Part shown: positions 63,205 through 64,000 of the stretch, piece by piece | Layout: every line of letters begins with the position of its first letter | Position numbering within the stretch: position 1 is the stretch's first letter | Source of the DNA: a virus | Lineage: Duplodnaviria; Caudoviricetes | Reading direction: 5' to 3' (one strand) | IMG/VR virus record: IMGVR_UViG_3300042291_001013 | Length of the DNA stretch: 64,000 bases | Translations under genes and position numbers: made by a program | Notes under the pieces: generated by a model | What the model was told of the DNA's origin: nothing | Databases searched by the model: none | What the model saw: only the letters and a program-made list of their open reading frames with translations

Positions 63205-63732
63205 TCAATTGTTCCACCAGTTTTCCCAGGGAAACACTATCCACTCATCACGTTCACGTTTGTTGATCTGTTTGGCATGGTAGTTGACTCTGGTCATAGA
63301 GTTGCTGGCAGCGTTGTTGTATAAACAAGCAACTCGAACATTGTGACCCCAGATACTGTTCCAGTCTGGGTCATTTGGCATGCAACCACTGGGCCAATCC
63401 TCGCGGATCCAGTTTAGGGTTGCCCCACTGTCATTGATGTCATCTACAATTAAAATATTTTTTCTAAGCTCGGGCACACTCTTGCCATCTTGGTAGCCAA
63501 ATGCATCCTCGGCCATCCAAAGATTACTTTCACACTCGCCGCCATCACGCAGGCTAATTTTGAGTGTTTCCATTCTGCAATGTAGATAGTGCGCTATCAT
63601 AGTAGCGGGCACTAGGCCGCCTTTGGTTATCCCAACAATATAATCAGGATACCACTGATCCGAGTGCAGTTCCCTGCACAAGGTTTGTACCTGTTGTTCC
63701 ACGTCTTGCCATGTTAGATGCGTTTGTATCAT
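63205..63732 (-). CDS. Purine phosphoribosyltransferase
   Basis: GITKGG, LIVDDINDSGAT, WIVFPWE. Confidence 0.88.
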   Translation of the reverse strand: MIQTHLTWQDVEQQVQTLCRELHSDQWYPDYIVGITKGGLVPATMIAHYLHCRMETLKISLRDGGECESNLWMAEDAFGYQDGKSVPELRKNILIVDDINDSGATLNWIREDWPSGCMPNDPDWNSIWGHNVRVACLYNNAASNSMTRVNYHAKQINKRERDEWIVFPWENWWNN

Positions 63733-64000
63733 TGCCCATTCTTTCTACAGTTGATTTACCAAAATTTCTTCGTCTAGCAAAGTAAAACAGTTCCAGGAAC
63801 TTGGGAAAGCTCATGGCCTTGTCCTCGGGAAAGTCCAGTTCGTATGTCACTTGATTTTTTTCCAAGGGACGATCAAATGTCAAGTACTCCCAGATGTTGT
63901 AGTCTAGCTCTAACTTCTGTGGATACTCAGCAACAGCATCATACGCAATCAAATACTTGCGCTGAAACTTCATGGCGCTTTCCAACAAGTCTTCAGGCAG
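63644..64000 (-). CDS. 3' end of a gene running off the window
   Basis: Frame stays open to base 64000; product not identifiable. Confidence 0.5.
   Translation of the reverse strand: MPEDLLESAMKFQRKYLIAYDAVAEYPQKLELDYNIWEYLTFDRPLEKNQVTYELDFPEDKAMSFPKFLELFYFARRRNFGKSTVERMGNDTNASNMARRGTTGTNLVQGTALGSVVS

Noticed and set aside
1-64000. Bacterial chromosome or recoded genetic code
   Set aside because: Gene density, TAAATA motifs and phage-type enzymes point to a phage; long ORFs are intact in the standard code and no suppressor tRNA is present.

Overview
A 64-kb fragment of a large lytic tailed phage. Evidence: densely overlapping genes, T4-late-like TAAATA motifs, strong sigma70 promoters, and phage-type ThyX, QueE, flap nuclease, MoxR/VWA and GIY-YIG genes. 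The host is probably a betaproteobacterium (inference from three Bug/TctC proteins and a permuted tmRNA with an ANDEQFALAA tag). Layout: (1) 1-24 kb is a glycan/small-molecule modification island with five N-terminal-twitch radical SAM enzymes, five GT10-like TEK proteins, SGNH-like proteins, a carbamoyltransferase, an amidinotransferase, a DegT aminotransferase, an epimerase and an AMP-ligase. (2) 24-38 kb holds minus-strand metabolic and early genes (thyX, VWA/AAA, split Pnkp-like set, ahcY, rpoZ, ahpD/ahpC, class II aldolase). (3) 38-44.5 kb holds 27 tRNAs (30 in the window, covering all 20 amino acids), a two-piece tmRNA, several unannotated structured RNAs closed by a shared stem, and two leader-peptide/antiterminator/terminator elements upstream of tRNA blocks. 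(4) 44.5-50.6 kb is a DctP + two PP-loop ATPases + halogenase + TctC module. (5) 51-64 kb holds early small-ORF cassettes and nucleotide/DNA metabolism genes. The most novel signals are apparent ribosome-dependent attenuators on phage tRNA operons, stem-bracketed ncRNA cargo between tRNAs, and tRNAs with swapped tertiary pairs. All RNA folds were derived by hand and all protein calls come from motif recognition; no database searches were run.
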